From NCBI GenBank assembly GCA_001179505.1, contig CDMY01000955.1, positions 1 through 8,360 of the forward strand: DNA of 8,360 nucleotides, written 5' to 3'. This document shows, piece after piece, positions 1 through 5,522 of this stretch (its first letter is position 1; the number at the start of each line of letters is the position of its first letter). This DNA comes from Vitrella brassicaformis CCMP3155. Taxonomy: Eukaryota > Protista > Chromerida. The notes under the pieces were generated by a model that saw only the letters and a list, made by a program, of their open reading frames with translations, was not told the DNA's origin and did not search any database. The position numbers and the translations under genes are program-made.

Positions 1-740
1 GGCCAGACGGCCAAGGGCATCCAGCACGACGTGTGGCGGTCGACCAACGGCATCGACTGGGAGCGGCTGAGCCGCCGCGCGCCGTGGAGGGGCCGACGGC
101 TGTTCCAGACCGCCGTCACGGGCTGGCCAGGCGGGAGTGAGGGCAAGAACATGAGCGTCTATGTGATGGGGGGCGAGGGGCTGAGCGAGGGACACCTCAG
201 CGACCCCTACAACGACGTGTGGAGGTCCGATGACCTCGGTAAGGCACATCCATAGGCGCACATGCGCGCATATGGTCTGCCTGCATCCCTTTCGTGCGCT
301 TCTATCCATCTGTCGCTGTGTGTAGGTGTGACGTGGTCTGAGGTGACGAAGTCGGCTTCCTGGTCTCCCCGTTATGGTTTTGGTGCGTTGGGATTCTTTC
401 ATGGCGGCCTCCTGGTCATAGGCGGGGCCACCATCTCTGACGGAGGCATGGACGAATACGTCAACGACATCTGGTGCGTACAAACGCCACGAAGACACCC
501 AGACCACAACTGCATCTTTTTGCTCGTCTTGTGTGTGTCGGTTCGTTCGTCAGGTATTCTCCTGACGGCGGCAAGACGTGGAAAGAGCTGCTGGCAAACG
601 AGACCAAGCCTTTCTCGCCCCGCGCCTTCTTCGGCCTAACTATCCGGATCAACGAGCTGTGGCTGATCGGCGGCATGCACCTTGCACAGCTCGGTCAGGG
701 ACGCGTCACCATCCCCACCAACGAGGTCTACAGGGCGATA
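1..740 (+). other. Kelch-like / Asp-box (BNR) beta-propeller repeats (at least 3 blades, partial)
   Basis: Repeating unit (A/P)-W/F-x-x-R...hydrophobic-GG...NDVW-x-S-x-D/N-G-x-x-W: HDVWRSTNGIDW, VYVMGG, NDVWRSDDLG|VTW, LLVIGG, NDIW|YSPDGGKTW, LWLIGG. SxDxGxTW is the Asp-box motif and the GG doublet is Kelch-like. Confidence 0.8.
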
Positions 741-3700
741 CTCAAGGCGCGAGAGACCTACCACGACGTCACCGACTGTGAGCAGTCAGCATGGAGCGAG
801 TGGACCCGATGTGACGGGCAGCGGACGCGCATCCGCACTACGATCACGGAGGCGCGAAATGGCGGGGAGCCGTGCGGAGATTCAGTTGAGACAGAGAACT
901 GCACCTTCCACGACGTCACCGACTGTGAGCAGTCAGCATGGAGCGAGTGGACCCGATGTGACGGGCAGCGGACGCGCATCCGCACTACGATCACGGAGGC
1001 GAATGGCGGGGAGCCGTGCGGACATTCGGTCGAGACAGAGAACTGCACCGTCCAACGGGTGGAGACGTGCGAGGGCGACGAATGCGCCGCGCGGACCGTC
1101 TTGTTCTCCCTCAGAGGCTGTCCATGCATCGAGAGGAGCTGCCAGAAGCCCGAGGAGGACGACGTGGATATCCCCGGTGCGCGCTTCTGCAGGGTCCCGA
1201 AGGAGGAGTGCGACAAGGGCCCATGCAAGTGCCTGGGGCCCATCTTTGGCCAGTATTACGATGCGTGCGTCGAGGGGGGCATCGAGCAGGTCTTCACAAA
1301 CGGTGGGTGCCGGTGCACCAAAGAGTGCCGGAGGCGGTCGTCCGACGATAAGCCGACGTGCCCGATCCATCCAAGGGAGGATTGTGCCGACCAGTCGGCA
1401 ACTGGCTCGTATACATTGCCTGAATGCGACAGTCCCAAGTGGGAGTACCAGCTGAGGCCGCCCACTTTCTGCGCGGGGGTGGAGCAGCGCCTCAGCAGCA
1501 GGAGGAAGGCACACTGGACGCATCTCGTGTATATGAACGCGGTGAGTGGGACGGACGCTGCCATGTCACGGAGACGACGCTTTCGTCCGTTTGTGTGTGT
1601 CCGTGTGTGTGCTGGTACATCAGGACAATAATTTGGAGAGCTATGCCATGAGTGACTTAAAGGAGATGCTTCAGATCCCCAAGAGCGACTTCAACCTGCT
1701 GGTGCTTGTCGACCGCGCCGACCCTGAGGTGGAGGATTCGTCTCATAGGGCGATCCACGATATGGTCATCTGTCCAAATGCCACCTCAGACGTCAATGCC
1801 AGAGTGGTATGCATACATGCACGCACGTCCAGTCATCTTCATCCCGACCGATAGAAGAGCATGGATGCCTCATTCGTTCTGTATTTGGATGGCGTCAGTT
1901 GGTTCAGGCAAGGCAGCAGTTTTCCGGGGCTTATGAGCTGCTGATGATTGGCGACCCGTACGAGAACCAGAACAGTACCAGCCGGCGCCGCTGGCTTCTG
2001 AAGAGGGACTTAGAAGAAACTAACATGGACGACGGCCAAGTGCTTCGGGTGGGTCAGACGAGACGGCGTCAAGACATGCCGCTTCCTTCCCAGATGACGA
2101 TTGCCCCTTCCCGTTCGTGTGTGCGATGTATGCAGGAATTCATCGGGGGCGCCTTGAAGGAGTTTCCCGCGGAGCACTACGCCCTCACTTTTTGGGATCA
2201 TGGCGTCGGCCGGAAAGGGTAAACTACCGCGGACAAAACGAAATGCATGTATCAAGAAGCCTGGGTGGACCGTGTGTGTACAGTTTCGGCGGCGATTCTA
2301 GCCACGGCAACTGGGATTCGCTGATGAGCCTCTGGGATCTAGAAACGAACATCAGAGTAAGCAACACAGACCATTCTACGCCATTGATCTTGCTTTCCTC
2401 TAACATCGAGCTTGTCTTGTCTTGTCTTGTCTTGTTTCATTATCCCAGGAAGGCGTTAAGGACGCGGGCATGCCTGATGACTTCCGCTTCGACCTTCTGT
2501 CGTTTGACGCGTGCCTCATGGCGTCGTATGAAGTCACAACGGCCCTCGCATCGCACGGACACTTCTTTCTCGGTCGGTGAATACCACCCATATCATGCAC
2601 AGACAGACAGCTGTTTTCAATACCAATCATGGCCCTCCTTCTCTTCTGCGTGTACGCATGCAGGCAGCGAGACCCTCATCAGCGGCACTGGCTGGGACTG
2701 GAAGTCGCTGAGACCCACACAGCCGAACGGCCAGGCGACGGAGCCATTGGAGTACGCCAGGAAGATCGCGCTGGCGACGATGGACTATTACGTGCGCAAC
2801 GACCGCCTCATGACTCTCGCCATTGTGGACCTCTACAAGATCCTGGAGTTCCGCGAGGCCTTCGCCCAACGCCAGAAGACGCTCACCAGCCGCCTGAACG
2901 ACTGCGTCCAGACAAAGGAGGTCGACCGCATCCGGACGGCCTATCAGAGGGCCGATGACAGTCTGCGAGGTCGCCAAGTCTCGCTATTCAGCCGTGAGAT
3001 AAAGAGTCCGGTGGACATGGGTCAGTTGCTGCAGCATCTGGAGACTGAGATGGAGCGGGTGATGCCAGCCGATGAGCTTGATGCTTTCTCTTTCAAGGTA
3101 CAGGAAGTACAGTCAGTGTACAATGCATTGGCGAATGGAAAATTGTGTTTTCAGGACGCCTACAAAAAGTACAACGAGAGCATCGTCTACTTCAATGGCT
3201 CGGACATTTACGGCAACATCCCCCTGACCGGTAAGGAAGTGTGGACATCGGTGGGCTTATGTAAGTAAGGAACTGCAATGCGTGTGTCAATGTCAGGTCT
3301 GCACGCTGATTTGACTGTGGAAGAGGAGCCGGCCACTTCCCGCTGGCTTGGGGCAGATGCGCATTCCACCGGCGAGTCATCTGCATCTGATGCTCGCCAG
3401 CTGCAGGAAGACGCCAAATGGAGAGCAGGCATCGTAAGGCGGCACGTACACTCACTGGACAGAGAGACCTTTGCTATGTCATGTTCCTTGCTGCCTCGCT
3501 GCGCAGAGCGACGACCCGATCTGGCAGAGCACCGGCACGCCGAACGACCTGCGGGTCTTTCTCGAGCCCATCTACGATACCAAGCGCGCCGTGTGTCGGG
3601 CGAGGAAGGGTCCACCGGAGTCTCAGCCCAAGTTTGTCATGCTCAACTGTGAGCTCTACTTCATGAGCAGTGCCGAGGAGGAGGCCGACAGCACTGCGGC

Positions 3701-4837
3701 AGCGCCGCGCTACCGTGTCGAGGCCTTCAGAAACACCTCTAGCGGAGCCGCCTCATACACGGTCAGTGAGGCAGCGGCGGACATTGCCGTGTAGCTATCG
3801 ATTGACCTGTCCTCCGTATGCTGTTCAGGCCTTGAAGGCCATTATGACCAGGCCCAAACCCGAGAATGATGGCAAGTTCCAGAAGGCCTTTGTGGTGGCG
3901 GAAGATGAGTCGCCCAAGAAGGATGAGCTGGCAGACTATGTGATCGACCGTGTGACGGCCGAGTGGGAGGGCGAGGGCTGGATACTCCATCAGAACCTCT
4001 GGACGGAGATCCAGAAGTTTACGACACGGGGTGACTGCGAGGCTCCCTCATGGATCAGAGAGTGCCCGGCGGGATTTGACGATGCACTGCCCCCACGCCG
4101 GGGGGCGGCCATTAATGAGGGAAGCGGCCGCACGTTCAACCGCCAGTGCGTGTGGCTGAGTGCGCTGGCGCCTCCTCGCAGCAATGGCGCCACCCGGCGA
4201 GTCCTGCAGATCCCTGCCCGCCTCTATCGCAGCTTCACCGACTTCACGCGCGAAGTGAAGGACGCTCGTCCCGCCACGCTGGTGATCGACTACGATGTCA
4301 AGACACCTTACAAAAGCCGCCTGTCTCTCTTTGCTGCAAATCGCTTTGGCGGTGAGGCGGAGGTGTCTTCGCGGGATTGGGGGCTGATCGAGCCGCTGCA
4401 CACGTACGTCAATCTCACGGCTGTGGAGGGTTCGGGTCGATACGACATGGCCGACGACGCGGGCATCCAGGTGGATATGCCGTCGTGCTTCGCATTCATG
4501 TAGGCGGACGGAGAGAGGGAGAGGCAAATGCATGTACACAACGTACATGTGGATACATAGGCATACGAGGGCGAGCCCCTCATTCGTGTGGGTGCTGTGC
4601 TTCAGGTGGGGCTCTGATCCTGAGGTTCCTGAACCTGAGGCGGACGAGATCGAGGTCTTGCAGTGGCCGCCAGCCCTCGGACAGGCAGAAGAGGCCGAAG
4701 GCGGAGCTTCTCAACGGGCTCTGCAAGATACTGACGACGACAAGCGTGGTACGTACTGCTATGGCATGACATATCCGATTATATACTTCACCATCTCTCC
4801 TTCTCTCTCTCTCTGTTTCTCTCTCTATCTCTCTCTC

Positions 4838-4869
<32 letters not shown>

Positions 4870-5522
4870 GTGCGTTGGGCATCAAAGTCAAGGAGATCAT
4901 AGGCGCGACGCCGACAGTGATCGGCAGCTTTATGGTCCTCTCAGACGCCAACACCAACTGTCCGGAGTTCGAGAAGGACCCGCCGGAGTATTGCAAGAAG
5001 TGTGAGGCCCTGGTGCAGGTGGATGAGTGCGACACAGAGAAGGAACTGCTCAATTGCAGTGGTATTTGTGGACGGTTTTGTGAGTCGCGGAATGGCGGGG
5101 CGCCTTGCGGACGCTCACCGGCTGTAGGTGTATTTCAAACTTTCCAGGGCAATGCAATAGAAGAAGAGGATAACGGCCACGACGTCACCGACTGTGAGCA
5201 GTCAGCATGGAGTGAGTGGACCCGATGTGACGGGCAGCGGACGCGCAACCGCACTACGATCACGGAGGCGCGAAATGGCGGGGAGCCGTGCGGAGATTCG
5301 GTTGAGACAGAGAACTGCACCCTCCAACTGGTGGAGCCGGTCTTGTTCTCGCTGACCGGATGCCCCTGCATTGAGAAGAGCTGTCAGAGAGAAGGCCTTA
5401 ATCAGCCAGGCTTCAAGGGCTTCTGTCAAGTTAGGAAAGAGGACTGCGGCGTCGGTTCATGGACGTGTACAAGTATCTCTGGCAGCTACGTCGATGCATG
5501 CGTTGACGGGGACGACGAGTAG
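1..5522 (+). CDS. Large spliced multidomain protein (5'-partial): Kelch/BNR propeller + TSP1 x2 + Cys-rich + clostripain-like C11 peptidase + unknown domain + linker + TSP1 + Cys-rich
   Basis: Manual exon model: <1-238, 326-473, 554-1541, 1624-1806, 1908-2048, 2136-2218, 2284-2356, 2449-2572, 2664-3097, 3155-3230, 3297-3433, 3507-3761, 3829-4499, 4606-4748, 4867-5522. All introns are GT..AG, 57-118 nt. Phases match at every junction and the total is 4350 nt (1450 codons including the stop). Splicing rebuilds recognisable motifs across junctions (NDIW|YSPDGGKTW, LVYMNA|DNNLES, VLR|EFIGG, FFLG|SETL). Exons after 4499 are less certain because the gene could end at TAG 4501-4503. Confidence 0.85.
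762..1049 (+). repeat. Two tandem thrombospondin type-1 (TSP1/TSR, spondin-type) coding repeats, period 147 nt
   Basis: HDVTDCEQSAWSEWTRCDGQRTRIRTTITEA(R)NGGEPCGxSVETENCT at 762-905 and 909-1049. WSxW, RxRxR and GGxxC are TSR hallmarks. The copies differ by 3 substitutions and one 3-nt deletion. Confidence 0.85.
1104..1427 (+). other. Tandem pair of unassigned Cys-rich modules (F-x3-GCxC...C...C...C)
   Basis: FSLRGCPCIERSC...FCRVPKEEC...YYDAC followed by FTNGGCRCTKEC...TCPIHPREDC...PEC. Also present in the duplicate at 5346-5672. Confidence 0.55.
1515..3313 (+). other. Clostripain-family (C11, clan CD) cysteine peptidase domain, unit 1, catalytic dyad intact
   Basis: The spliced sequence gives WTHLVYMNADNNLESYAMSDLKEM (typical C11 N-terminus), NMDDGQVLREFIGGALKEFPAEHYALTFWDHG (His codon 2199-2201), FDLLSFDACLM (Cys codon 2512-2514), FFLGSETLISGTGWDW and a later VDMGQL segment. 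Motifs recognised from knowledge of C11; no search was run. Confidence 0.85.
2411..2435. repeat. (CTTGT)5 microsatellite inside intron 2357-2448
   Basis: cttgtcttgtcttgtcttgtcttgt read directly from the sequence. Confidence 0.9.
3297..4499 (+). other. Unassigned ~350-aa region C-terminal to the C11 core
   Basis: Open across exons 11-13. Blocks shared with unit 2: FLEPIYDxKRxVCRA, WxGEGWIL, PSWIRECPxGF, RTFNRQCVWLSALxPPRxNGATRRVL. Confidence 0.55.
4802..4864. repeat. Compound (CT)n-(GT)13 microsatellite ending at the acceptor of intron 4749-4866
   Basis: Interrupted CT tract 4802-4838, then a GT tract 4839-4864 immediately before AG 4865-4866. Confidence 0.9.
5178..5321 (+). repeat. Third TSP1 repeat (start of the duplicated unit)
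   Basis: HDVTDCEQSAWSEWTRCDGQRTRNRTTITEARNGGEPCGDSVETENCT; 141/144 nt identical to 762-905 by manual comparison. Confidence 0.85.

Noticed and set aside
762-1049. CRISPR-like or non-coding direct repeat array
   Set aside because: The repeats are 144-147 nt, in-frame, have no spacers and encode TSP1 domains.
1899-1907. Alternative in-frame acceptor (CGTCAG at 1898) for intron 1807-1907
   Set aside because: It is possible and would add LVQ, but unit 2 uses the homologous GGTTCAG and gives the same 141-nt exon, so 1907 was preferred.
4531-4549. Hairpin catgtac-acaac-gtacatg in intron 4500-4605, possible terminator or regulatory stem
   Set aside because: It has only a 7-bp stem, lies in CA/GT-rich intronic sequence where such matches are frequent, and has no supporting context.
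3395-4729. PEXEL/TEXEL-like RxLxE/Q/D motifs (RQLQE 3395-3409; RALQD 4715-4729)
   Set aside because: They lie deep inside the protein rather than near a signal peptide, the first is not conserved in unit 2 (CELQV), and the motif is short enough to arise by chance.
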